Notes: a model not told the origin generated them from the sequence alone. DNA of 64,000 bases from Gnetum montanum (GCA_015680685.1 MNCI01002989.1:591706-655705); one strand, 5' to 3'. Positions 35,301 through 49,339 are shown, numbered from the stretch's first letter. A program made the numbers and translations.

Positions 35301-38300
35301 CTGAGCCGGTAGGGATTTTAGCTCAAGGGGCTCTTGCTTGAAGCTCTCAGGGATCTCTAGCTTTTCCCAGTCATCTAAGTCATCAATGATGGAGGTCCAT
35401 TGATGGATCTCCTTCATCACATCCGTGCTGTTAATATAGGCTTACACTAGGCCCTCAGACGGTTCCATGCATAATATGCTGCTAGTAGGATTAGCTGTTA
35501 GCCACTGGGTGCCCTCTTGGTTAGTGGCTGCTACATACAGACATTGTTGAATTGGTGATTCCTTGGTACACTAACTGCATGCTTGAATGGATGTTCGCTT
35601 AGCGGACCATAACTGCTACACACAGTTGCACCCCGAGTCACTGTACATGATGCATGGAACTCTTTTCTTCTCAATCTTCCCAAAGGGATTTTTCTTTGAA
35701 ATTTCTAATTATAGATCTCGGAGTCCTATTTGTTCATCCACCGTGCTTAGCCAACCTCTTCCCATGATGATTGGGAAGTTCCCCTTACATTTTTCTACAC
35801 GGATTACCAGGAAGTCAGCAGGGTAGGACCACCCACAAACAGTGGTCAAAATGTCCTCCACCAAACCCAAGGGAATGGTGATGGATTGATCTGCTAACTC
35901 GAGCCAGATGTTGCTCTTCTTTAGCGAGGGCAGGTTCCAGTTCTTGTACATGTCATGAGAGATTAAATTAACCCCTGACCCTGAGTTCAGAAGAGCTTTG
36001 CACGGCTCGTTCCCAGCCACCTGAAGATAGATTAGGGGGCTTCCCGGATCTATCAATTTCTGGGGAAGAGAACCAGCTTTGATCTAGTCGATCATGGCAT
36101 TTATGAGCATAACCATTTGGATGTTGGAATGTGGTGGAGCAGAGGATTGCTAGGGAGGTATGATGTTGGAGGCATTGGTAGGTTTGGAGGCACTCGCCAC
36201 AAGCGTAGGTGAGGGTGTGTTCAGATTATTGGGCTGGAAGAAAGGACGTTTGCGTTGCTTCGATTTCGGTCCACTCAATCGAGGTGCCGGTTGTAAGTTA
36301 ACAACCTTTGTAGTGTTTCATTGTTGTGGCTGTGGCGGTATTTCTCCCTACATGGATGAAGCAGGTGGCAACTGAGAGGGATGGTGTGGAGGAGTGGCAG
36401 AAGAAGGTGATGGAGGGTAGAAGTGATGTGGGTTTATCCCCTTGGGTGATGGAGATGAATGTCTGAAATATTCAGGGGGATGGTAGTAACTGGGAAAGGC
36501 CACATGACTGTAAGAGTCTCTTGGAGAGACCAATTGCTGAACATAGTACCCATAAGGATCTGCTTGCTTGTAAGGGTATTGCTACCTTGGAGGTGGCATT
36601 CCCCATGCTTGTGGTTGTTGCCACTGTTGAAAATATTCATACGGTTGTGGAGGCATTTCACTTGGATAGTATCCTTGCTGCTATTGGTGGAATCGCTTGT
36701 GGTTGCCTTGTGGATAATGCAACCTTCGTGGTGTCTGCTGCTATGCCAAACAAGGGTTCAAGGCATAGATCCCAAACTCTTGAAGGTGGGACACCATGGG
36801 ACAACATCCCTTAAGATGTTTATATTGGCATACGCCACATCCATCATTCTCCTTGGTGTCAGAGTTTGCAACCTATTCTACTACAACAACTTTTTCCTTA
36901 CCCTTATGTTGGGCACATTCAGCTTCCTTCTTCCTGCACCAATCACGGTCACTACCCTATTCTTTGGACTCTTCTGCTATTTTCAATATACTTTGGAATC
37001 TCTCATCCAAAAAGTCCCACATTTTATCCACATTTGTCAATATTTCATATGCAAACTTTTGTAACAGCAAATTCTTCCTATTCACCACTGCTTCTAACAG
37101 TGACTCATCTTCCTCATCACAAAATCAAACCTCCCTCTTCTTGAGGCTTTGGGTCCTAGTTGAATTCTTTTGCACTTTCCTTTTTCCTGAGTTCTCCTTC
37201 CTCTTTGGCCACCTAATCAATGAGGTGCTGCAACTGATTGGTCCTTAGCTCTGACAGTCGTCCCTTAGTGTACACACTAAGGGTCTTTCATGTTTCAAAA
37301 TGAAGTCCATCAATAATGTGATGAAGTTGTGCCCACTGAGAGTAACCATGACCAGGGCACCGATGCAACAATGAATAATACCTACTCATGGCGGCATCCA
37401 AGGGTCCATGATTCCCTTGTTTGCAACCTTGGATCTACCATCTCAAATTCACCACTCTAGAGTACGTTTGATATTTGTCATTAAAGATTTCAAGCATCGT
37501 ACCCCACCTTTTGATTGATTCCGGCTCCAAGGACTAGTACCAACTTTCAGCTTCTTTGATGAGTATGCGAGGAAACAACTTCAACCATTGCCAATCGTTA
37601 TCAATATTTTGTAGGGTGTAGGCATCATGGAACGCCTACAGGTGGGTCTACAGATCACAGCTGTATCCCCCTTCAAATATGAGGATGTTGTTCATGTCAA
37701 CATGCTTGATCTAACTATCCTTCATGTGCCTACTGGGAATGTGAACTGCCTCTGCAATTTGAAGCATGCTTTGAGTAGCTAACAATGGCTCATTTGAATC
37801 ATAGTCCTATTGGGGACTATGATGTCTATGACGATTTCTGCTACCCCTTCTTTCATGTTGGTGAGGGCCATGCGATTGGTTGCATGTTCCCTCACGTTGC
37901 CCCTTCTGAACCTATTTACCACCGTCCTTTCTCTCTAACCTTTCCCTATGATGCTCAAAGCCTGAGCTAGATGAAGGAGAAGAAGAGGGGGAGGATGGAG
38001 AAGAAGGAGAGGCATCACCATTGCTCTGGCGGCAATCTCCCCATCTACCCTGGTGATGGCCACGATCATCTCCTCCAGCTTTGCTACGTGACCCGCCATC
38101 CCCTTGAGGATCATGGTCACTTGGTGGTTTGTTCTGAATGACTAACTGGAGGATCTGCAGCCCCAGGTGAAGTTCGATCGAATGAGTATCATGAAATACG
38201 GGATCACCATCGTCTTGTAGCCCTTGTGAGAATAAGGGGTTGGTGAATTGCTTCCCCTTCTGCTATTCATATCTCTCAGCCTGTTGCTGATCTCTTGTCC

Positions 38301-38580
38301 GTTGAGCTTCTATGGGATGATAGTCCTGGTAGTCATGGTCCTCCATGACATACTCCACCACTCGGTCCTAGATGCCGAATCTACCCAGATTGTGATATAG
38401 CATTGCAGGAGCTGCTCGGTCAGGTGGTAGCATGATGCTACCCTCCATGTCCTACCATCGAAGATGTTCATCCTGATGTAGGATGAATGTGAAATCAGGG
38501 ACATATTCCTCGGGATGTTTGTACACCACCCAACATTCTTGTGACACCGGTGGTTCAAATGCATCTCTTCTATGAGAAGA
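32362..38580 (-). pseudogene. pol: Athila gag-pol pseudogene
   Basis: Protease ALLNSGSGVNL (~35990); RT KMPFDLCNAPAMFQ..VFIDDF; RNase H TDASNYA..YTTTEKELMAVVFALDKF; integrase TRFGVPRVLISDNG..TPYHPQANG..WEGPY. Confidence 0.95.
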
Positions 38581-38730
38581 CATGTTGGACGTTAGATGGT
38601 CCATATAATTGATGTACCTTACTATTTACTTGAATTCACTTAGTGTGCATAAATATTTCTACCCTGGGTTCGTTCCAACGACTTAAATGATAATTTCACT
38701 AAAGTCAGATGACACATGTAAGACTAACAG

Positions 38731-38748
38731 TCCCCGACAATGGTGCCA
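38731..38748 (-). promoter_or_regulatory. Primer binding site, tRNA-Asp
   Basis: TGGCACCATTGTCGGGGA vs TGGCGCCGTTGCCGGGGA (3 transitions). Confidence 0.85.
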
Positions 38749-38749
38749 A

Positions 38750-39673
38750 AGATGAGTGGCTAGGTACCCCTACACCCAACCATACGAATTATGAGCGTTC
38801 ACATGCGACTCGGTCGAAATCCATAAACTGTAAGCACTTAACATACACTAGACTTCTAACTAGTAAAACCTTGGGTTAGAATGGTCGTTGTCATCTTAAT
38901 CTCACTTGTGAAGTTCTGTTACGTTGGTTAAGTGAGACTAAGGCTAATGATTTTTATATCTTTTTAATTATCTTTTTTGGGGACTAATTGAAGTATGGAA
39001 GGTAAGGAATAAACTATAATCTAATCTCTAAGTATCCTAGTTTATATTCTAACTACTCCTAGCATAAGTATCCAGTCCCATCTTCCAAGCACATTCTAAG
39101 CATTTCCTAACACTACTGGGTTACCAGACGTTAAGCATTGCTGGGCTTACCAAGTGTTGGGGTTACATTCAAGATGGTCATACTTATGGCTTTAATGAAC
39201 TAAAAATGAACAATAATGATTAAAATTATAATAATGAAAACATAAATAATCAACAAGTAACTAATAAAACATTAAAAAGTAATTAATAAAGCATAAACAT
39301 TTTAAACTATTAAATGCATGAAACAACTAAGTCCAAATGCTGCAAGGTATGCTTGAACAGTTCGTCTTTACTGCCGTCATGCCAATGGGCTCAGATACAT
39401 CAACCCTTGAATAAAGATCCGATCACTTTTCTTAAACCTGCTGCGGGCACTTGGAAAATATTCTATCTCTTGTGGGAGCAAACTGCAAGAGCTTCACTAC
39501 AACTACTCCAAAGATGCCTAAATGAGGTGGAAGGCCCTCATATTTATAGATTCGGGAAAGGTGGCTACGTAAATGGGGCCACGTCGACGTAGGGTGGCTA
39601 TGTCGATGGGCCCGTGTTGACGCGACCATGTATACGTGGCCCAGTCGACGCATTGACTTTTGACACTTCATCA
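38750..39673 (-). repeat. Athila 5' LTR
   Basis: TGATGAAG...CTCATCT termini; CTATAAATA at 39541-39549. Confidence 0.85.
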
Positions 39674-40759
39674 ATTTTGCAGTAGTTGCTAAACTTTCAA
39701 AAGCCAACATATTTTTTAGTACACTTTGAAAATATTTATTTTTCAAAACTTTTCCTTTAAGCTTTCTAAAGGCCATCATATTTTTACAATGACCACCCAC
39801 TTGAAACCTCAACAATTTTTTTGTTGGGCTTCTTCTATAAGCTTAGTGAAGTTCTTAAAACTAATTTACTTTTCTTGGAAAAAAAAACATACTTGCTTCC
39901 ACAAATCCTAATGCATATTTTTTAGAATGCGTAGCATTTTTTAGTAAAACACTACATTTATTAATAGCATATCAATATTCATCATAATTTTTACCATAGG
40001 AAAAAGTACCAATGTATTTCCTGCTGGAAACCCAATATATCTTTTTATTTCAAAAATAAAACCAAGATATTTCCTACAAAAACTAACATAGTTTTACTAG
40101 TGTAGGTTAGGTGGAATATAACCATAAAACTAAAAATTAAAAAAAAAACTAAAAAAACTACATTTTCTATTTTCACACCAACTTTTTCTAGTAACAAGTT
40201 ACAATGTAAGCTTGCATTTCAAAAACTAAAAAAGTAGAAAATTTTTTTCAAACTAATTAATTTTGAATTTTTTTTATGATTGTAGTGCATCACATAGCCA
40301 CAACCATCAACACTTCATCTGTAGTTATAACTTTTTACAAGTTTTATAGTTAAGATCACTTATTCGCTGGACAATTTTTTGTATTCAAACTTTTAATTAA
40401 AAACTAAATTAAATATGTTGCAAATGTCTTTCAACAAATCAACAGTGTTGCCCATCAACCTGACCAACATGGCTTCAAGCTAGGATGTCGTATGCATGTA
40501 TGATCCCAAAGATTCAGCTATGGCTGAGCATAGGTAGTCATTTAGAAAGAGAGGTCAAAGCCCATATTTTTCCATCATAAATGAAGAATATTATAACTTT
40601 ATATGTGCAAAATCCAATCTACCCTACTAATTCCACATCCAAAATCTAAATCCAAGTGCAATTCGAATTAATCCATAAAAATAGAAAGGAGTACATCCCC
40701 TTCCCTTATGTAAGATAAAAGTAAATGGCATCCACACATTCATACTTTTCCAATTGATT

Positions 40760-43496
40760 AAAATGGATGAGCTAAATGAGGAGGATAACTTGGAGAGCTA
40801 CTATGAAGGACATGATGAATTTGAGGTTGAACTAGAGCCTAATAATTTCATAGGGAGCATTTTCTGACAATCGCCTTCCTAGGCCATCACACCTAGTTCA
40901 ACCTCTCCTACTTCATTTGTATGGTAGATTCCTCAACCTTCATCTTCTCATGCGTACCCTACATGTTTGGGTGAACACCCATCATTGTAACCCACTAGGC
41001 ACCACCCATGCCTTAGTTAACCTCACTCTTTTCATCCATATCATTCATTATGTAGCCCTACTTCATGCGGCCATCACCCATGGTGTTCACCAGGGCTCAT
41101 TCATTTTCTATCCTAGTAGGCCTCTCCGTGGGATCACACGTGACCCAATCATCACATGCACTATTTTCCCACTTTGCCACCTAGATTCTAGTACAAACAT
41201 CTTTTTTGTTATTTAGCCCCTCTACAATGATGATAACTCAACATTTTCGATCTTCACTATTGTCTATGGTAAGGCTACAAGCCTTCCAACTCACTCCACA
41301 ACCATTCTTGCAAACATCATAACTTGTCAGAATGTCCCAAGGCTTAAATTAGGCCTTCCAAATGATACAAGGACTCATGAAAAATTTACATAAGCTTAAG
41401 GCCTCTACTACAAAGAAAATAAAGATAATGAACTTTTATCAAGATGATTTGTTTAGTCTAGTCATCTAACAAATTACTCTTCCTCCATGCATTCCTATAC
41501 CACAATCCACTATATACAATGTTGAAGGTAATTTAAATCCATACCTCACCATATTCCATTCTAAGTACCTATGCCTACAGGCTTAACCTTACATAATCAT
41601 GCAAATATTCCCTATGTCTCTTATATGGAAAGCATTAGACTAGTACCACGTGTTACCTAGAGGATCTATTGCCTCATTGAAAGACTTGATTTTATAGTTT
41701 GTGAATCATTTCAGGTATAACTTGAAACTAGATAACACCTTAGATTAATTCATGAAAAATCAAATAGGGGTCTCTCAAACCTATCTAGAAGCTTATCCAA
41801 TGATGGAATGCTCTTCTTAACGAGATTCCTAAACCTATAGCTAAAATTCATCTTCTGGCCATCTTTAAGAGGGTGATTAATGATTTTATCAAATCTAATC
41901 TTTATTACTCAGACCTATGATCCCTAAGTCAAGCTTTCTCATAGACTAAGAACATAGAGGATGGTGTTGAGGCCAATTATGATCCTGCCTATGTAGCATA
42001 CAAAAATCAACACACATGGAAGGATAAGAAGAGGGGGGAACAAAACCATGTAGCCATGGCCACTATGACCAAAGAGAGAAAGACTACACATGGGCCTAAG
42101 ACAAGTTAACCCAAGGCCCCTATCACAACCAACCAACCAACCATCAACATCAAGGGCATCTACATCAAATCATACAAGACCTAACTTTAAGAGGAAAGAT
42201 TGGTTAAAGTACACCAAGTTGCCCTTAAAACCATTAGAGCTCCTTGACTAGTTGCTTAAGAGTGGTTGAATAAAATAAAACCAAATGACTGAATACCTAC
42301 AAGAGGAACCATTGATTATCAAAATAGCTAAGGATCTACTCTAGCAACCAAGCATGACCCAATGGTACCCAAGTACTTCAAACTTAATTAGTTTTACCAC
42401 TATCACTAGTTGTCAAGTCATGACACTAGTTTCTGTTTAGCATTAAAGGATTACCTACAAAACATGATAGATAATGGAGAGCTAGTGCTTAATGCCTTGA
42501 ATCCAATTAGGCCATAAAACCAATCAATGTAGGTATACAAAGACATATTGAATTCCAATAACAATCCATACACAATAGCATAATTCAACATAAGCAACAA
42601 CCCGAGACCTACTAGGGCACCATTTGTGATTTGGGTACCTCCCCATGAAAAAAGGGATTTTTCAACTTTATTTAGTTTAATGACTCCTTTTGTTGTAAGG
42701 ATACCATCATCAATGTCTCCTAAAGAATCCTTTATGATTAGAGTACCCCCTTCCACCACAACCAAACCTATAACCTAAATCGATTAATGTCCTCTTGTGG
42801 GTGCCCATGCAACAATTTCTTCACAACCCAAAAACAAGAAATTGTCTAACAAACAATGCAAGAAGACTACACTAAAACATAAGGACAAAGATGACAAGTG
42901 GGAAAAGGCTTTGAAGGAGGTGGTTCCACCAAAAACCACCCCATTTCAACCATTTCTATGAGCTGCAATGCTCAAAATGCCTCAACAAGTCAACCAAGGA
43001 AGGACCCAAAGCAACAAGAGAAGGAAAAGGGGACCAAACTATAAACCTTGAAATATGAAGTTTGCATCTTAGGGCAAATGGTGGAAGTCAAAATCATCAA
43101 AAATAAGAAATCAACAACCAATGAAAAATACTTTCTCAATATCATAAAATAGGTGAAACATTCCTTAAAATAAAAGAACACTTCGTTAAGCATGTATGAC
43201 CTAGTGATGACTTCTTTTGCTCACTATGTAGCCTTAGTAAAAATTTTGATCTTAATTTCCATTATTGAGGAAATACTTGCTAATGAAGAGTCCATTCATG
43301 AAGTAATGGTACCACCTTCACCTAGGAAAGAAATGAATTTGATTGCACTAGTGTTTCATGACAGTGAAGTTAAAACCAACCACTAGGATGGTGAGATAAT
43401 GAAGGTCCCTCTATTCATAACTATAAGGATTGGACAAGAAAAAGGTACAAAGGATGCACATTGATGACAAAGTATCCCTAATGCTATATATTATAT
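40760..43496 (+). pseudogene. gag: Tat/Ogre-type gag-protease remnant, interrupted by an Athila insertion
   Basis: FPMSLIWKALD*YHVLPRGSIAS (gag); HYH*LSSHDTSFCLALKDYLQNMIDNGEL (Tat/Ogre knuckle); LSMYDLVMTSFAHYVALVKIL and LVFHDSE..PLFITI (Ogre pre-protease motifs). Confidence 0.75.
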
Positions 43497-44425
43497 TGAT
43501 GAGACGCGATATGCACAAGCTGCGATATCGCGTCGTCCCCTACGATATCGCGTACGCGATATCGTGGTCCACCGCCAAATCTATAAATAAGAGGTAGAAC
43601 TCCCCTCATTTCTAATGCTAGGCTAGAAGTAGCGAAGCTCTGGCGGATTGATCACCCCAGAGATAGAATATTTTCCATGTGCCCGTAGTAGGAGTCCCCC
43701 AAGTGAACGGTTCTTTATTCGAGCAGCTTTGTACTTGAACGCAAGTTGTGTACGGCAATAAAGACGAGCTTTGTGGATAAACCTTGCAATACATGGATAG
43801 TTTTATTTAATGTTATTTATTACTTTCCTAATAGCGCAGCATGAGTACGACTTGGTTACGAGCATTGACGAATGTGTACGGCTAGCCAAGAAATCGGCTA
43901 CTCATCACGATTAGATTCTCTCACCCTTATCTCCTAGAACGTGGGACAAGTATGACTTGATTACGAGCATCTACGGATGTGTACGGCTAGTCAAGGAATC
44001 GGCTGCTTGTTACACTTAGGCTAGTTAGGTGCCTCAGTACGACCGCTTCGAGCATGTGCGTTACGTGTGGTAATCCCAATAACGATTAGCGTTTGGTAGC
44101 CACAGTTGCATAGTTTAGGGTGTGTACGGCAAGTGAGAATGGATGCTGATGCTAGGACTTAGCGTTGTAGTTAGAATTAGTTTTAGTCTCTCCACCCTTC
44201 ACCCCTTAGCATAGGAGATAAACCAGAAAAGACCAAAAAAATCATATACCTCGGACTTACTTAACCATACACCGTGACAACAACAAGTAAGTCTGGGAAG
44301 ACAACGATTAATTAACCCCAAGTGTTCCTTGCAACGTTAGGCATTTAGTCTGCGGAGTTCGACTGGATCATGTGTGCTACGCTCGTTTCTTATGGTTGAG
44401 TGTAGGGTTACCTCGCCACTCATCA
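43497..44425 (+). repeat. Athila 5' LTR (929 bp)
   Basis: Perfect terminal inverted repeat TGATGAG...CTCATCA; CTATAAATAA at 43581; CGATATCG array in U3. Confidence 0.9.
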
Positions 44426-44426
44426 T

Positions 44427-44444
44427 TAGCGCCGTTGCCAGGGA
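44427..44444 (+). promoter_or_regulatory. Primer binding site, tRNA-Asp
   Basis: TAGCGCCGTTGCCAGGGA, 16/18 match to TGGCGCCGTTGCCGGGGA. Confidence 0.9.
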
Positions 44445-45394
44445 CTAAGTGTTTGTACACCAATTAGAACATTAGGAAATCTTTTACATCGTTGTGAGCC
44501 TTAACGAACCTTTGGGTTAATTAGTTAAATAAGAACATATATAACGGTGAATAGCACACCAATAAAATGGCTTCTTCTCATAAGGTTAATTCACCTAGGG
44601 ATAACACGGAAGATAGTCAGTGGCATACACATAACTAAAATCAGCCAAGTCCTCAGCAATCTAAGGTGACATATACTCATCCCAATGAGTATGTGCCTGA
44701 TTTTACTTTTATTCTCCATCAAGATGAACAACTGCGGTGGAGAGATTTGTAAGGTAACATTGTGTTAGCCCCAGATCGATCAATCCCTAACATGCTTTTC
44801 TGTGCCCTAGCACAGATTGGCATGCAAAATCTATTTACGGAATACGTTATGGATGACTTTGACATAAGGGATTATCATCCCACAGATGCCCAACGTATTC
44901 AGGACTTAAGGAAGGAGAGCCAACACTCGTTGTTGAAGGGCAAGGTCCCCCATGTCCTTAGTGAAATAGGAGACGAGCAACCCCTCACAATGGGTTTCTT
45001 AGGAAATGATGTTCCTCCTCCTCACAATGGTGAAGAGGTTAGGCATCAGGGCCTTCGATCAACTGTACATGCTACGGGCTCTGATCCCTGTGAACACCAA
45101 CTGTTCACGGCAGGAACAACCACTCACACCAAGGATGGACACTTTGATCGTTATAACGATTAGGGCCGAAGCAGCTAAAGAGAAGGTAAGAAACATCGCC
45201 ATGGTGATGGATCCCCTTCCTCTTCCCCTTCATCTCACCATTCACACTCTCCTTCCACATCTGGGTGCAACCATCGTGAGCACAATGGAGAGGGTAAAAG
45301 TAAGGAAGATGAAAGACCTCGACAGGAAGGTCGGGAGTTAGGACAAGGGCAAGGACGTAGGGAGAGTAGGGAACCACCACGAAGACATCACAGA

Positions 45395-45984
45395 NNNNNN
45401 NNNNNNNNNNNNNNNNNNNNNNNNNNNNNNNNNNNNNNNNNNNNNNNNNNNNNNNNNNNNNNNNNNNNNNNNNNNNNNNNNNNNNNNNNNNNNNNNNNNN
45501 NNNNNNNNNNNNNNNNNNNNNNNNNNNNNNNNNNNNNNNNNNNNNNNNNNNNNNNNNNNNNNNNNNNNNNNNNNNNNNNNNNNNNNNNNNNNNNNNNNNN
45601 NNNNNNNNNNNNNNNNNNNNNNNNNNNNNNNNNNNNNNNNNNNNNNNNNNNNNNNNNNNNNNNNNNNNNNNNNNNNNNNNNNNNNNNNNNNNNNNNNNNN
45701 NNNNNNNNNNNNNNNNNNNNNNNNNNNNNNNNNNNNNNNNNNNNNNNNNNNNNNNNNNNNNNNNNNNNNNNNNNNNNNNNNNNNNNNNNNNNNNNNNNNN
45801 NNNNNNNNNNNNNNNNNNNNNNNNNNNNNNNNNNNNNNNNNNNNNNNNNNNNNNNNNNNNNNNNNNNNNNNNNNNNNNNNNNNNNNNNNNNNNNNNNNNN
45901 NNNNNNNNNNNNNNNNNNNNNNNNNNNNNNNNNNNNNNNNNNNNNNNNNNNNNNNNNNNNNNNNNNNNNNNNNNNNNNNNNNNN
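45395..45984. other. Assembly gap (590 N)
   Basis: N run; a second 25-N gap lies at 47601-47625. Confidence 1.
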
Positions 45985-47849
45985 TGATGAGGAGGATGAG
46001 TCACCACTCGAAGAGTTGGTGAATCGGAAAACCTTACCGATCCAAAAGTTAACAACCGAGGTATCGGCTAAGGTAGACCAAATGTGGGATTCCTTAGAAT
46101 CAAAAATAGAAACAGTCTTAAAAATTGTAGAAGAGTCTAAGGTAGAACAAAGTAGTGACAAAGGCAAAACCAAGCAGAGAAATTTAAACCCTACACATAA
46201 CAAAGGTAAGGGGAAAATTCTTATCTCCAACGAGACTTTGAATCCTGATTCAGACGATGATAGTGGATGTGAGGTCTGCTACTATGACCATCCTAAGGGA
46301 TGTTGCCCAATTATCTCACATCTGCAGGAGTCTAGGGTGTATGCGTTAAATCCAAGACTTAATCAACGGCAAACACCCCGAAGGTTACCTTATCCACAAG
46401 GTAATCCAAGGCAGTTCCACCAACCCTTAACATATTATCCAAGTGGAACGCCTCCATATCCTATTGGACAACATCAGCAGTGGCAATACCCATAGTCATG
46501 GGGGATGCCACCGCCAACACATCAATACCCTTATCGGCAGCCCAATCCTTACGATTATTATCTGTAGCAGCCAGTTTCTCCAGGTGACTCTATAGGTCAC
46601 ACTACTCCTCAACATCACTACCAAGTTCGGGAGTACTTTAGGAGGACTCCTTCTCCTTCGGGAGACATCTCACATTTAGCCCATCCTCTAACTCTGCCCG
46701 CACCTCTTCCACCTGTAGTTCCAATACAACCTATTCCAACAATGCAGGGGGAATTACCTACCCAACTACAGCAACGTAACGCCGTGAGAGCTATAAATAT
46801 TCAACATGTAAATATCCAACCGGGTGCTGGTTCTGACAACTATACAAAGAAGAGACCCTTTTTTAGAACTAGGAGCTTAGACAAACTCTTGCAACAACAA
46901 GCAGTTGGGCACATGTATAGGCCTCTAACCACTAACGCTTTGGAGAACCCTTCAGTCCAACAACTAAGTACGCAAACAGTTATGTTGACACATACTGTAA
47001 CTGACTGGATAAAGGTGGGCCACCTTCCTAGGAACTATTTGACCCTGGAAACCCCTTAATTCATTTACAGATCACCGGAAATGCACCACATCGAGCTCTT
47101 CTTGACTCAGGTTCCGAAGTCAACCTAATTTCACAAAAGATGTATCAAGCCTGGAACCTGCCCCAACTTAAGAAGAGTAACATACAACTAGAGCTGGCTG
47201 ACCAGTCCATCACCATTCCCTTAGGATTGGTAGAGGACATTATCACCACTGTGTGTGGGTGGTCATACCCAGCCGATTTCCTGGTAATTGAGGTTAACAA
47301 CGAAGGGGATTTCCCAATTATCATGGGAAGGGCATGGCTAAATACAATCGATGCACACTTAGGAATTCATAACCTTTCCCTAGAAATATCCAAGATAAAT
47401 ATGTTTCGAAAAGATCGAGAAGAAGAAGATTCCATGCATCGCATACAGTGATTCATTGGGTGATGACATGGAGGATATGTCTCCATGTGAGAGGTGTGCC
47501 TATGAGAGTGAGAAACAAAGATGCCTGTATGTAGCAACCACGCAACCAGTAGTAGACACCCCGTGGTTGACAGCCACTCGAAGGAGCAAGCAAATATGCA
47601 NNNNNNNNNNNNNNNNNNNNNNNNNGATCTCTCCCTTACAACTCAGTCATGGGGGAGATGGCCACCTATGCTAATCATATGGGGCCCTCAGTTCTTTTTC
47701 AGTTTTTGTTTTACACATTTTTGTTTTACAAATTTCTTTAACTTTTGCTGTTTTTGTTTTACAAATTTCTTTAACTTTTGCTGTTTTTGTTTTACAAATT
47801 TCTTTAACTTTTCTAATTTTTATTTTACATCATCATTATACTTTTTCCA

Positions 47850-47881
<32 letters not shown>

Positions 47882-49339
47882 CATCCACCATGTAAGTTCA
47901 TCACCAATAAGTGTTCGATGGTATGAACTGTTTTCATATTGATTGCTAATGTTTGGTTTTTACCTTTAAGTTACAATGTTGATACTAAGGTATGTTTTTT
48001 TTGATATGGCAGGCAATGAGATCACTTCATCCATCCATCCACCAATTTCTATGGTTTCTCCTGACTTGGAAATGTACAGTTCTCTTCTAATAAAAACTTT
48101 AACGAATCGGTGACTGGGTATTTCTCAAACTAAGGAAGGACTCAAGGATTGCAAAGGGTATGACTTCAAAGGAACTTGATGCTTTTGTGTTGGTCATTCA
48201 CTTGGGTGCTTGGATGTTTTCTTCTTGAGTTTTCTTACCATTCCAATGTTACCCAATTATCGAAAGCTGAGATAATAAAAATAAGAAGTCTTTGCATGGT
48301 GTGGTTCTCACGCATAAAAACACAAAACACAAAAATTCAAAAAAAAAAACGAAGAAAGTGAGAATTCAAAGCACACCCTTTAGACGAAATAAAATTTGGG
48401 CTACAAGCACTGGTTATGGAAACTAAAGTGTTCCCTCTAACTAAGGCCCTTCTCGCTTCCCATTGTCTCCTTTGTTTCGTCGGAATGGTGGTGGCTCTTT
48501 GAAAATGCATCCTCATTATCCAAGTGGATGGTTTAACCAAATGCATTGATGTGAAGTCACTGAAAGTGGTTGGTTTGAGCCCGGAGTTGGAATGAGACTT
48601 GCCAAGTCACGTTAGTCATCAAACACACAAGGGGCTGTACACCTCCTTATCCTTGAGATTCCATTCCATTTCTCATCTCTCCATCCTTCTCTCCATTCTT
48701 CACCTCATTGCCGATTGTATCATTAGTGTATATATCTTGGCTAATGCATTGTTTTCTTTTCGGTAAATTCTTGCGGTTAAGACTTTAACTCTTATGCTTT
48801 ACCTTTCTTAAAACATAAAAATTTTAAAAGTGAGAAATCTATAAAAACTTTTAAAACATAAAAAATTTACAAAAATCTCAACATGACTTATCAAGACCTT
48901 GAACTAGAAATACCTTTATAACCTATTTCTTCTTTAACTTAGTTATAGACATTATATCTTAGTTTACATTTTATTTTTCTAATTACTTGACATTTTACAT
49001 GTTACAAATTGTTGCCTTGTAGCCTTGTACTTCAACCAACATAGCATACATAAAATATGTAAAACTAAAAATCCTAAACATATAGACAAAATTAAAAATA
49101 TTATAGCCAAGCATCCAAGTTTAATAGCCATAGTCACATTGTATGAGAAACAAAACAAAAATTTAAATAGCCATGATAACAAAAATAAAATGGATAAGTC
49201 CAAATGCCATGGTTGCACTGTGCAACACTAAATAAATAATAACAAACTATTCCATAGACTCAAACAGCTATGAATAGCCCATTATAAAGAATAACAATCA
49301 AAATTATCAAAACATGATAAAACTAGTTAAATGAAGGCA

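Larger units (their letters stand above)
27820..39673 (-). mobile_element. Ty3/Gypsy Athila-type LTR retrotransposon (5' LTR, gag-pol, accessory ORF; 3' LTR missing)
   Basis: LTR 38750-39673, tRNA-Asp PBS, gag-PR-RT-RH-INT order, no chromodomain, downstream extra ORF. Confidence 0.9.
43497..48760 (+). mobile_element. Athila-type element, second subfamily (LTR, PBS, gag, protease, N gap, integrase end, 3' non-coding region; truncated)
   Basis: LTR 43497-44425; PBS; gag homologous to the 36-38 kb and 55-57 kb copies; ALLDSGSEVNL protease; 3' region homologous to 31.2-32.4 kb. Confidence 0.9.

Noticed and set aside
36459-37248. Plus-strand ORFs of 201 and 150 aa
   Set aside because: Antisense shadows of gag with no recognisable motifs
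45105-46230. Long ORFs of 316 and 280 aa in the ORF track
   Set aside because: They are produced by translating through the N run
47601-47625. Apparent RT-RH-INT deletion making a non-autonomous Athila
   Set aside because: The missing ~3 kb coincides with a 25-N gap of unknown true size
47700-47880. ~32-bp T-rich tandem repeats and (GT)n producing a Phe/Cys-rich ORF
   Set aside because: Low-complexity 3' non-coding sequence, not coding
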